Positions 50,818 through 63,465 of a DNA stretch of 64,000 nucleotides are shown piece by piece. The notes under the pieces are model-generated. The model worked only from the letters and a program-made list of their open reading frames with translations. It made no database searches and was not told the origin of the DNA. Made by a program: the position numbers and the translations under genes. Each line of letters opens with the position of its first letter. Positions within the stretch are counted from its first letter, which is position 1. Source of the stretch: Eledone cirrhosa (lineage: Eukaryota); the NCBI GenBank assembly GCA_964016885.1, contig OZ024750.1, forward strand, positions 53,630,001-53,694,000. Direction: 5' to 3'.

Positions 50818-53800
50818 ATCATCATCATCATCATCATCATTTAACGTCCCTGTTCCACGCATGGGTTTGGACGGGGGTTTTCCCACTTGAGGCAAGAGTG
50901 GTTGTCTTGCTCGCATAGGACTGTCTGGCGGGTTTTCTACAGCTGGATGCCCTTCCTAACACTAACCGCATTTACAGTGTGGGACTGGGAGGTTTTTACC
51001 GTGTTGCCTACACGGTCACATTACAGCGTGGACTGTGTGTTTTTTTGTCGTGACACCTACACGATCTCGTTTGTTTCGGCCTGGATGTTGTGGCACCAAC
51101 ATAACTTTGCATTGAAGGGGGCGGTGTGGATGGGGTGGGACGGTGGTGTATTTTGTTAGAGATGCCTACTGACTAGTAGGTTTTACTTTGTATTTAGGTA
51201 AGGCGTGTCTTCTCTGTTACTGAGTACCGCCAAAGGTCTCGGTCCAGTGACATTGTCTTGGAGAGGTGTAAGTGTGTGAGGTCGGAATTTATCAGCTCGT
51301 CCCAGGTTTTCCTGGGTCTGCCTAGTCCGTGGCTACCATCTATCTTTATTGCCCTGCACTTTTGTTATACAGCTGTCGTCTTTCATGCGCATCACGTGAC
51401 CATACCAACGTAGCCTTCTCTCGAGTAAACAACATCTGATCCCTCTTATTTCTAATCTTTTCCTTAGTTCGTTTATGCTTTGCCGTTCACGTATATTACT
51501 ATTACACATCCAGCGGAGCATGCAAGCTTCGTTCCTCTCTAGTCTGCGTATATCCTCTGCACACAATGCCCAGGTCTCACTGCCATGCAACATTGCTGTT
51601 CGTATGCAGGCATCATACAACCTGCCTTTCATTTTTAGGGAGAACCCTTTAGCGGCTAATAGTGGTATAAGCTCTCTGAACTTTTTCCTCCATCCAGTTC
51701 TGACTCTAGCTACTGTACTTTCAGAGCACCCTCCCCCACTGCTGATTTTGTCACCCAGGTAACGGAAGCTGTCCACTATTTCTATAGAACCCTCTGCGCA
51801 ATTGAAAGAGTTAGTGTTTTGTGGGCACTTGCTGCTACTTATTGCACCAGAGCACCGGCCACATGTAAAATCTGTGTTCTTAGTTAGCTTACCTGTGATG
51901 CCACTACATCTTTTATGCACCCATACTTTGCATTTGGGACATAAACTGGAGTTTCTACCTACGCCTTTCCTACACACTGAGCATGGCCATTTCCCGGAGG
52001 GGACCGGCGCCTTATTTTCTTTCCTACAAACTAGAACTTTAGTCTTAGCCAGGTTAATTTTAAGGCCTTTTGATTCTAGGCCGTGCTTCCATGTTTGGAA
52101 TTTCGTCTCTAGCTCGGCCATTGATTCAGCTATGAGCGTTAGATCATCTGTGTATAGGAGTTCCCATGGGCAGCCGGTCTTGAACTCCTCTGTTATAGCC
52201 TGAAGGGCAATAATAAATAGTAGGGGGCTAAGAACAGAGCCCTGATGGACACCAACTTTTACGCTAAACTCTTCACTATATTCGTTGTTAATTCTAACCT
52301 TGCTGACTGTTTCTTTATACATGGCTTGTATGGCTCTCACAAGCCATTCGTCAACACCTAGTTTTCTAAGAGCCCACCAGATAATGGAACGGGGGACTCT
52401 GTCGAAGGCTTTCTCCAAGTCGACAAAAGCTAAGTATAGGGGTTTACTTTTAGCTAGGTACTTCTCCTGTAGTTGTCGTACAATGAAAAGAGCGTCTGTG
52501 GTACTTTTGCCTGACACAAACCCGAACTGCATTTCATCTAGATCAATTCTCTCTCTGATTAGTTGCGCTATTACTTTTTCCGTGACCTTCATGACCTAGT
52601 CGATTAATTTAATGCCTCTATAGTTACTCCTATCTAGGGTGTCTCCTTTACCCTTGTAACAGTTAACGATGATGCTGCTACGCCAGTCCTTCGGAACAAC
52701 CCCATTCTGTATGGCTTGGTTTACTATCCGGGTGACCATGGTGTGTCCCACCGTACCGGAGGCTTTCAGCATCTCAGCAACTATTTCCGAAGGCCCAGCT
52801 GCCTTACCCATCTTCATATCTTTGATTGCCTTACTTATTATACTACCTTCGACTAACACTGCTGGTCCCTCTATTGGATCGATGTGGGGGAGACTGTCTT
52901 TCTCCCATTTATTCTCCTCATTTAGTAGCCTTTCATAGTGACACTTCCAAGCTACCTTCTTATCAGTGTCAGTAATGGCAAGTACGCCATCATCGTTAAG
53001 TACACACTTCTCCCCGACAATATCACGGTTTTCCTTGACACATTGCCTAGCAATCCTTAACACCTTACGTTTTTGGTCCTCGCGTTGTAGAACATGCTTG
53101 AACTTTCTTTCCTCTGCTTCCCTTCTTGCGAAGTACACTTGTCTCCTAGTTTCCCTCCTGGCCACTTGATAGTCTTCTCTACTTCCCCCATCCCGCCATA
53201 CTTTCCAAGCCTGCTTTTTGGCCTTGATTGACCCCTCCACCTTACTGTTCCACCACCATGTTACTCTCCTCCTGCCTACAGACCTGCTCCAGCCACAGAC
53301 TTCGTCTGCTGCCATCAGCAGGTTTGCTTTCAGGAATTCCCACTGTTCCTCTACCTTGTACGACTCTAATTGCTCTTCCTTACTGTCGAAAGCATCAAGT
53401 AATATGCTTTGAAATTTATTTCTGGCTGTGGGATCCTTTAGCTTCCATATTTTTCTCCTGAGGATAGTCCTCTTCTGCTGACTATGAGGTCGCTAATTAT
53501 CAGTCTATGTTGGGAGGTGCATTCTTCATGGGGGAGGGATTTAGTGTTTACAACAGACACTCTGTCACGTCTTCTGGTAAGGATATAATCTACCTGGCTG
53601 GTATGTTCTCCTGATCTGTAGGTGATCAAGTGATTGTCTCGTTTTTTGAAGTTAGTGTTACAGATAGTTAGGTTGTTTGCATCACAGAATTCCAGTATTC
53701 TGGAGCCTTCCTCGTTTCTAGTACCAAACCAATAGCCTCCGTGGATTCCGTCATAGCCGTCACAATGTTGTCCAACGTGACCATTTAGGTCGCCAGCAAT

Positions 53801-53955
53801 AATTATATAGTTACTGTCGGTTATTTGGGAGGTAGTGAGCATCAGTGTCTCATAGAATCTGTCTTTTATAGCGCCAGGCAGTCCGGATTGGGGCGCGTAT
53901 GCAGATATTACTGTCACAGTAGTTCTGTTTAGGACAAGTCTTATTTTAATTATTC
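50818..53955 (-). mobile_element. Near-full-length RTE LINE (APE endonuclease + RT) with a frameshift and stop
   Basis: APE motifs ISAYAPQ, IAGDLNGHVG, SQVDYIL and SQHRL (53438-53917), RT at 51333-52592, 3'UTR and (GAT)n tail. Confidence 0.96.
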
Positions 53956-54057
53956 TATATATATATATAGATATATATATATATATATAGATATATATAT
54001 ATATATAGATAGATAGATATATATATATAGAGAGAGAGATATATATAGATAGATATA

Positions 54058-56673
54058 TTTCTTTTATTTGCCACTAGGGCATCAAAAGTGGGACAAGTAC
54101 AAAGGGGGGAGTTTACACAAAAAGGCGTCCTCAATAAGGAGGAGGCAATAACAAAATATAAAAATAAAATAAGATATAACAAAAAATAAAATTTTTAACA
54201 AAATCCTCAATAGAGAGGAGGCGCCTTGGGGGGTCGCACACACCCCCGAAAAAAGTGTGCAACCCTTCTCCTCAGGAGCACAGAGAAGGGGTGCTCCCTT
54301 GGTCTTTCATCTTCCTCACCTATAGTCTGATGTAGAGTGAAGGCCCATTCACACGGGCCATTCTCGCCACTTTCACCCATCTTTCATAGAAACGGCTGGG
54401 GTGCAGCACCTCTCTCTCCATCCTGATCCTTCTTCCGAAATGATATCGGAAGAAACGGACCAGTTGTTGGCCAGAGAGAAAGGTGCCTGACCTCAGTCCT
54501 TTCAGACGCGTCCACCATACAACCTCTTTCGCCATGGCTATTACGCACAGAAACACCGCCTCTGCTTCATCTTTGAAGGGGGGAGGCGGCTTGATCATTA
54601 CAATAGACTCGGTGGTCAACCGGATCGGTTCCACCCTTGACAGCAGTTGTTCGACATAGCCCCACAGATCGGCTACGCCCGAGCAGTGTACCAATGCGTG
54701 TGCAACGGTTTCTTCGTCGCACACGCATCTGGGACAGATCTTTTTGGCGGGGTCCCTACCCGGGCGCCCGTGTCTGTAGAGCCTTTCTCGAACGGGTAAA
54801 GCCCCTCGGTAGCACTGCCAGGCCAGGGACTTCTGGAAGTTGTCCATAGGTCCCGGGCTGAATGTCCTACCGAACAGGCTGGCCAGTTCGTCCTCCTCCA
54901 TGTCTAGGGCTTCTCCGAGGGCGTCGTCGCACCTGCTGCGTACCAGCCCTCTATAGAATGTTGCGGTGGAGTCTCCACTGATAACCGGATCCGCCTGCCA
55001 GAGGGCGGTGAGCGCCTGGGCACACTCAGTGTGCCAGGCGCCCAGTTTTCTCGGTCTTTGCTTGACCCAGGATTGTAGCTCGGTGAGTGAGACGAGTCTG
55101 GGAAAGGTTCGCCTCACAAACGAGGCCCACACCGGTTGTCCGGTGAGGAATACGTAGAGGTGCCGTAGCCTTAATGCGTGTTTACGCATCATTAGCCACG
55201 GCATCCCCAGCCCTCCTTTCGAAGGGTGTTGACAGCAGATGGATCTCCTCACCATAGGAGCCCGCCTCTCCCAAAGGAATTGGAAGAGCGCGCGCTCCAT
55301 CTTGGTGAGGGTTTCCCTTGGGCAGGGCACTACGGTCAGGCGGTAGTAGATGACGGACGCTATGTAGGTGTTCGCCACCTCCGCCCGACCTTTCAGGGAT
55401 AGTTTGCAACTGGCCCACTTCTGGGTCAGTGCAAACACCCTGTTCGTAACCTCCGCCCAGTTTTTCTCCACCTGGAGGTCCGGTCCGAACCAGACCCCGA
55501 GCAACTTCACCGGGCCCTCCGTCCAGCGTCCGACGACGCCATCGGAGGGCATCGGTCTGCCCCTCCACGTGCCGAGTTGCAAACCGATCGACTTGTCCCG
55601 GTTCAGCTTAGCCCCTGTGAACTTTTCGTACTCCTCCAGTAAGGTGCCGACCGCCTCGATTTCGGAGGCCGTCGACACCATTACTGTCACGTCATCGGCG
55701 TAGGCCGACACCGCTTTCCGCAATCCCGGTTCCAAAGGGATGCCCTGCAACAACTCCAACTTCCGCAGTAGTGGCTCGAGAGTCAACACATACAGAAGGG
55801 AGGAGAGAGGGCACCCCTGTCGGATGGACCGCGCGATTTTGAACGGCTCCGAGAGGTAGCCGTTCACCTTGACCCTAGAGCAGATGCGGCTGCTGTGCAT
55901 AGCAGTGATCCAGCCCCTGAAAACGGGTCCGAAGCCTGCCGCCGCTAGCACCGCATCCAGGTAACCATGGTCGACCCTATCGAACGCCTTAGATTGATCC
56001 AAGTTGATCAGAGCCCCACCAAAGCCGGGTTCGTTCCCAACCCTCTCTATGATGTATCGCATGAGGTGGAGGTTGTCATGGATGGACCTGGACGGGATAG
56101 CGCATGTCTGCGCATCTCCCACCAGGTTGCCCATGACAAGCGCCAACCTCTTTGCTAGCACCTTGGCCAAAATCTGTAACTCTGTATTTAGCAGAGTTAT
56201 GGGCCTGAAGTTACTTATTTCGTCCCCCTTGTTCTCGTCCTTCCTCACTAGCGTGACTACGCCCTTGGTCACAGTACAGGGAATTCTCCCATTCTGTTGC
56301 CAGTTGCAGTAGACCGCCTCGAGGAGATCGGGGAACAAGTCCGGCATAGCTAGATATAATTCGTAAGGAAGACCATCGAGACCCGGGGATTTGCGTTTGC
56401 CGCATTGGCTCAGCACGTCCTCTATCTCAGCGGCCGAAATCGGCTCCTCGCAGGACTTCGCCTCCCTGTCCGAGAGGCGCGGCAGGCCGTCGAGGTATGG
56501 ACCGAAGTCCACGTTCCCAACCGGCTCCCCGCCCCTCCCGAACAGTCGGGCAAAGTGCCTTTGAAAGGCCTCACACATCTGCTTAGGCTCAAGAATCGCC
56601 CGTCCATCCAGGTCTCGCAAAGACCGGATGGTGGATTTAGTTCCACTGTTGGCCTCTGTCACGCGGGCCCAGC
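54058..56673 (-). mobile_element. 5'-truncated Tx1/L1-clade LINE with an open ORF2 (RT + CCHC) to the stop at 54320
   Basis: KSPGLDGLP, NFRPITLLN, LDQSKAFDRVDH, IRQGCPLS, AYADDV and CPRC...HALVHC. About 780 codons without a stop. Confidence 0.95.
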
Positions 56674-57899
56674 TAACAGATATATATAGATAGATAGATA
56701 GATAGATAGATATAGATATATATATATAGATATGAACAAGTAAGACCCCGACGGCTGAGCTCAAGCCGTTTCGACCTTGACGGCTTGAGCTCAGCCGTCG
56801 GGGTCTTACTTGTTCCTATTACCCACTCTACTACCCTAAGTATTGAGTACTTTGGTGCGTTATGGTCCACCTGGTTCCTTACCACATTTCCTTCGTTATA
56901 TATATAGATATATAGATATATATATATATATATATATATAGATATATAGATATATATATAGATATATAGATATATATATAGAGAGAGATATATATATAGA
57001 TAGATATATAGATAGATATATAGATATATATATATAGAGATATATATATATATATATATATAGAGATATATGTAAATTGAAAAGAAAATGGCAATATCTT
57101 CTTCTTCGCCCACTTATTTCTGAGAGGGTCTTGGGAGCAGAGTCCTTCTCAAACACTCTTTCCAGTTAGTCTGTCAGAAGCAAACATCTCTATCTGACCC
57201 AGCTGGATCCCAATGTGTGACCAGTCAAGCTCATGGATGTTATCCAACTATTTTGCTCGGGGTCTACCTCTGGGTCTGTTGCTGGTTGGTTTTGCCTGTA
57301 AAATCTGTCCAGTGATTCTTTCCTGAGACATTCTAACGACATAGTATCAGAGCTGTGATTACTCAATCCAGGGAAGTAGCGGCTCTACCAGGAGTGACTC
57401 TCTGATCTCTGTGTTATGCCCTTTATCGAGTAGTGTTACTCCAAAGACCCTTCGGAGGAACCCCATTTCTGCCGCTTGTATTTACAATTGTATTCTTTCG
57501 GTCATTACCCAAGATTCATGATCCTCGGTAAGAGTTGGCAGGAATACCAGGAAGACAGCGAGTTTGACTTTTACACCTACCGCCCTTCTTCTGATTGCTG
57601 AGGCTGGCACATTACTGCATCAGCTTTTGCACATCCTTGCACTTAATTCCATCACTCATGAACTTCTCCAGCTGCATCAGTAGAACTCCATTCACATGTA
57701 TATAAATTTGAGGGACTTCTGTCCACCCGTCCGTCACACAACGTGTATGTGTGTTTGTGTGAATCTGTGTGTGTAAAAGGAAGGAAAGCGATACACACAT
57801 ATATGTCTAACTTAAAAACAGTTACACACACACACGTGTCTCTAATTTAGGAATGCCGATAAACTAACGCGCGCACACATACACACACTGTTCTATTAC

Positions 57900-58480
57900 C
57901 ACTCAAGAGCCTTGCCCCAAGCAAACATCCCCTCAATTTTGGAACTGTCTGGGTTGTCCAGAATTGATGGGAAAAGACTTGACGATCTTACTCTGTGTTC
58001 CTGGTCAAGAGGCAGATGCCTTACCTGGGACGTCATAGTTAGTGACTCTTTTGCTTCTTCCCACATTCTGGATGCAGCAGTAAGGGCGAGAGCTACAGCA
58101 TCCGCAGCTGAATGGAACAAAATCCTAAAATACCATCTTCCGTCAGCTAACTACATTATCCAGCCTGTGGCGTTCGAGACGTTTGGGGGAGTCAGGCTAC
58201 TGACAGCGAGATTCTTATCTTCACTGGCGGCTCGCCAAACAGAGGTAACTGGTGATGCTTGTGAGAGCACTTGGTTGTTCCAGCACCTCAGCCTCGCCAT
58301 CACCCCAGATAGCGCTGCACGTGTGCTGGCTTGCCTCAAAAATTATTAAAGAGGTTTCCTTTCCTTTGTATATATTATATTTGTTTTGTGTTTTCGTTCT
58401 GTAACCATTATATTAAATTTTTATACAAATGAGTTTTAAAAAAATAAGAGTTAAACTGTGTTGTTAATAAATAAATAAAA
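57900..58480 (+). mobile_element. CRE-clade non-LTR retrotransposon 3' fragment (restriction-like endonuclease)
   Basis: ExxGLxRxDGKRxDxxT...WDV...AExxKxxKY...PVAFETFG...FQxLSLA, the typical CRE RLE signature. Ends in (TAAA)n. Confidence 0.8.
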
Positions 58481-59130
58481 AGTTGTACTTCATTTTACTC
58501 TTGAACGCTGCTATCATAACTGTCACTAACTGTATGTGTGTGTTTGTGTAAATGTATGTGTGAATGTGTGTTTGTGTAAATGTATATGTGTGAATGTATG
58601 TATGTGTTTGTGTGAATGTATGTCCATGAGCGTGTATTTTTGTAAAGTTGTGCTTGCGTGATTATAGTTATATACTCATACATATAGATGTATATATATG
58701 CACATACACACACGCACACACATACGCGTCAGTGTGTTGAAAAAAATCCTAATCTCTTCATCTATCTCTTTCACTCTCTCTCTCTATATATATCTCACAT
58801 AATCACTCTATCTCTCTCATCACACACTCTCTCTTTCTATATATATGGTAGTTGAAGTGGTGGTGGTAACGATATACCGCAAGTGTAGAAATTTGAAACT
58901 TTTAAAAGAAGTCAATTTTAAATAACCAATAAAATTATTTATATTTAATCAAGAGTTACGAAATTTAGCACATTAATTATGTAATATTTATTCATTATTT
59001 ATTCAAAGTAACCAAATGTATTTTACTAACGGGATTAAAAGAAGTAAATCCGATGCTGTCCCGCACTCCTCCCTTTATTACACATATATATAATGTACTA
59101 TGTGGTGTAGTACAATATATATATATATAT

Positions 59131-59768
59131 ATTCTTTGATCTTCTGGTCTTGGCAGAAGTTTTTCTCATCGGAGAAAAACCACAGCATGTCTGGCTCCAG
59201 TGGGTGTTTAAACTTGATCAGCTTCTTTGCGTGCTTCAGTCGCTTTTCTTGCATCGCCTTTGACAGAAATTGTCCTTTCCTCATCTTGTATGAAACGTAG
59301 CGAATGTCTTCATGTACCACCAGCCTAATGAGCTTTACATCCACGCCTTTCTCCCTTGCAATGGCACGCATCGACTTGCCAGGTTCATTGTTGATGATAT
59401 CTGAACTTTAGCAACAAACTCGGGCGATCTGAAGGCGTCAGATCGTTGATCATGTTTTCCTCTCTGATGTTGCTTCGTAGTCGAATCCTGAATCTTCCAA
59501 TTCCTTTCTGACCTTTTCCACCATTCTCTTGTTGACGCTGAGAAAGTCTAAAATTTCCTTATTTGTCCTCCCGGCGCGGACTCCAAGAAGAACTCCGTGT
59601 CTCTTCCACAAATTTGGAGGTTCAAAATTATTCATAATCAATTATTCTGAAAATAAATAATGGAAATGTAGTCACTGTTTTTATAAAGACAAGAGTGACA
59701 ATGGAAGCAAAAGAAATTTGCATAAAATTAGCAGTTGAAAATTGCGAACAAATATCGTCCAGACCCTG
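59131..59768 (-). mobile_element. Tc1/mariner-superfamily transposon, 5' half
   Basis: TA|CAGGGT terminus at 59768-59770. HTH region and WFFSDEKNF (first catalytic D). Truncated at (TA)n. Confidence 0.88.
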
Positions 59769-60584
59769 TATATATATATATATATATTATGTGTGTGTGT
59801 GTATGTGCGTGCATAGAAATATCTGCAGGTGTTAAAAGGAATACAGTGGTCAATCAAGAAAAGAACTGATATATTCTATATATTTATGTTCAAACACGGA
59901 ACAAAAGTGCTACCTAAACTCATATAAGCACCTGAAGATTAGGTGACAATTTTCATACATCTTGGTCAATATTGTTTCTTGAAACCTTAGGTAGCATTTT
60001 TTTCCATGTATGAACATAAATAAATAATTTATATATAGTTTTTTTCTTCTTTTCTACCACTGCCCCCTCACCTCTGTGTTTTTCTATTTCGTAATTAATT
60101 TCTCTTTTATTTTCTGATGAAGGACTAGCACCTAAAACATTAAGACTCTGCTCCTACTATATCAAACACAAAACTAAAATATTTCTTCATTGTGCTGTGT
60201 TGTTTGCTTTGTTATTTCTGTTTGCCTTCTGCATATATATATATTATAGATATATGGGATAACAAGTTATCGTTTTAGGTAATCCAGTTAGAGATTGTGA
60301 GTACTCTGTACTGTGGATAGTTTAACGTACGGCTTTGTTTGACTCAACAAGAGGCTTCCTTAGTTAGGCGGCGAGTTTGCGAGAATTCCCATGTAGTCAT
60401 TCTTGGAGTAATAGTAGTGAAAGAGTATTCCGATGATTTGATCAGAGACACACACTGTATTTAAGGTCAAGTGGCGCAATTTCGAGTGATTAGTGGCCTT
60501 TAGACTCACCTGATCAATGAAACAATTGTTAATACTGTAAATAAAACCCTTTTTGTTCAGCCGACCATGTTATATATATATATA

Positions 60585-61976
60585 TGTTAGGATTAGCAAT
60601 GAGTATAGCGAGGAATTTAACGTACAGGTTGGGGTCCACCAGGGCTCTGTTCTTAGCCCTCTCCTGTTCATCATAGTCCTGCAGGCAATAACAGAGGAGT
60701 TTAAGACCGGATGCCCATGGGAACTCCTGTATGCTGATGACCTCGCACTTATAGCTGAATCCATGGTAGAACTAGAGAAGAAATTCCAAACTTGGAAGCA
60801 GGGACTAGAAAGAAAGGGTCTCAAAGTCAACATGACAAAGACTAAGGTCCTTGTAAGTAGACGAGAAAACAGAACCCAGATCCCCTCAGGGAAATGGCCT
60901 TGCTCAGTATGTAGGAAAGGTGTAGGTAGGAACTCCATTCTCTGCCCCAAATGCAAACAATGGGTACACAAGAGATGTAGCGGGATCTCAGGAAGCTTAA
61001 TTAAGAATGTAGGCTTCACATGCAGCAGCTGTACTGGGACAGCAAGCAGCCACAGGAAACAAGTACCACCAATCTCTGGGAGGGCTCTGTAGAGACAGTA
61101 GACAGCTTCTGCTACCTAGGTGACCGAATTAGCAGCGGAGATGGGTGTTCAGAAAGTACAATAACTAGGGTAAGAACGGGATGGAAGAAGTTCAGGGAAC
61201 TGCTAGCTGCAAAAGGCTTCTCCCTCAAAATGAAAGGTAGATTGTATGATGCGTGTATCCGAACAGCAATATTACATGGTAGTGAGACCTGGGCGCTGAA
61301 GGTGGAAGATTTGCGTAGATTAGAGAGAAACGAAGCCTGCATGCTCCGATGGATGTGTAATAGTAATATATGCGAACAACAAAGCATAAATGAATTGAGA
61401 GAGAGACTGAGCATAAGAGAAATCAAATGCTGTGTGCAGGAGAGGCGATTGTGTTGGTATGGACATGTGATGCGTATGAAGGATGACAGCTGCATAAAAA
61501 GGTGCAGAGCACTAAAAGTCAATGGAAACCGCGGAGTGGGGAGACCCAAAAAGACCTGGGATGAGGTGATAAAAGCCAACCTTACCCAATTACACCTCTC
61601 AAAGGCGATGACACACGACCGTGACCTCTGGCGTCACGCAGTAATACAGAGTAGCCGTCCTCCCATGGGTACAAGCTGAAGCATATAGACATTATGCCCC
61701 CACACCCTCCCACTGCAAGGTGGTCGTGGAGGTGCCACGGCAAAAAAGCACCCAGCCCACACTGTAAAGTGGACGTGTAGGCGCCACGAAAAAGCACCCA
61801 GCACTCACTGTAAATGAGGTTGGTGTTAGGAAGGGCATCCAGCTGTAGAAATCAAGCCAAATCAGTTCCTGTATGAGCAAGGCATGGTCAGCCGACCAGA
61901 CACTGCCCACAACAGGACAACCCGTCTAACCCATGCTAGCGTGGAAGAACGGACGTAAAACGGTGATGATGATGAT
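60585..61976 (+). mobile_element. 5'-truncated RTE LINE
   Basis: QGSVLSPLLF, YADDL, intact C4HC3 insert and RRLCWYGHVMRM, then 3'UTR and (GAT)n tail. Confidence 0.94.
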
Positions 61977-62857
61977 ATAATATATATATATATAAGATCT
62001 GCGAGTTTCTCACCACATTGCTTTACTGGTTTCTGTCACTAGGCTGTGGCCATACTTGGCCATCACCAAGCCTTATCAATCTCAGTGCTTATTTTTTATT
62101 TCAAATCTGATACATATTTTGTGGAACATAAACATCTGAACACACACCTCTGGGCTATTATTTACCAATTTTCACTGACAAGGCATTTGTTAAGCCTAAA
62201 TTATAGTAGAAAATACTTGTCCAAGTTGTTACTATCTTGTAAGGTGGTTGGTGAGGTCATCCAAGTGAGGACTCCTCAGCTGTGTGACACTCTCCTTAGT
62301 GCTGCTGTCACAATAACATCCAGTGTACAGGGAGATGCTGTGAACAGTAGTACTGGTGGTGGTTGTTGTGATAGTGATGAAGGTGGCAGTTGCTGTCATA
62401 AGGATGGGATACATATTTGGTGAATTTCTTTTCTCACTTTTGAGGAGGAGCACAGATGTTTTCTTCAACAAAATATTTCTTGAAAAACTCAACACAGTGT
62501 ATGTGTGTATATCTTAGTGAATGTGTTTTTATGAGTTTGTCTGTGTCTTTGTACATGTTTGTGTATGTGTTTGTGTATATATGTGTGTATGTGTATGTGT
62601 ATATGTGTGTGTGTTCTTCACTGTAAAATGTTAACTGTGTAATCTTTTCACAAATTGGCTTCTGTGTTGGCTTTATCAACAAGTTCATTCTTTCAATGAT
62701 GATAATGATGGTGGTGGCAGCGAAGGTGGTGGTGGTGGTGGTGGTGGCAGCGAAGGTGGTGGTGGTGGTCACTCTCAACACAGCCACTCTTGTCATATTT
62801 TTTTTATTTTTTGTTCTTTAGATACTAAATACCACTAGATGTTTGGAAATCAAGATT

Positions 62858-62888
<31 letters not shown>

Positions 62889-63024
62889 CACACAGACCAA
62901 CACAGACCAACACAGACACACAGACATGCCCATGTGCATACCATGGTAAATGGTATTTGTATATTGCTGGCAGATCATCTTCATCACCATTGGTACCATT
63001 AGTATCACCAAGTGTCATCAGCAA

Positions 63025-63465
63025 TAATCATCACCATTATCATTACCATCACCATCACCATCATCATTACCACCATCATCACCATCACCATCATCATTAC
63101 CACCACCATCACCATCATTACCACCACCATCACCATCATTATAATATTTAGTAATTTTGCTTTACACTCTGAATTGAAGTCCCACAGTAGCCATCTGGTT
63201 TGGTTTTATCCTTGAGGGAGTCAGAAGGTTAAGTAGCAGTCAAGTTCCGAGGTAGATCTATCTCAGTTAAATGTGTTATTACAACACTCAAACATACACA
63301 CATGCACATGATTGCACACACTGCACACATACATCTATATACTGCACCTTCACACATACACACTGCACACACTGCACACATACACCTATATACTGCACCT
63401 TCACACATACACACTGCACACATACACCTATATACTGCACCTTTACACATACACACTGCACACAA
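63025..63465. repeat. (CAT/CAC)n microsatellite and CA-rich minisatellite
   Basis: Direct inspection. Confidence 0.85.

Noticed and set aside
62046-62423. 125-aa ORF with Cys pairs as a possible Trio exon
   Set aside because: No SH3 or Trio similarity, it partly overlaps degenerate SINE sequence, and there are no convincing splice sites.
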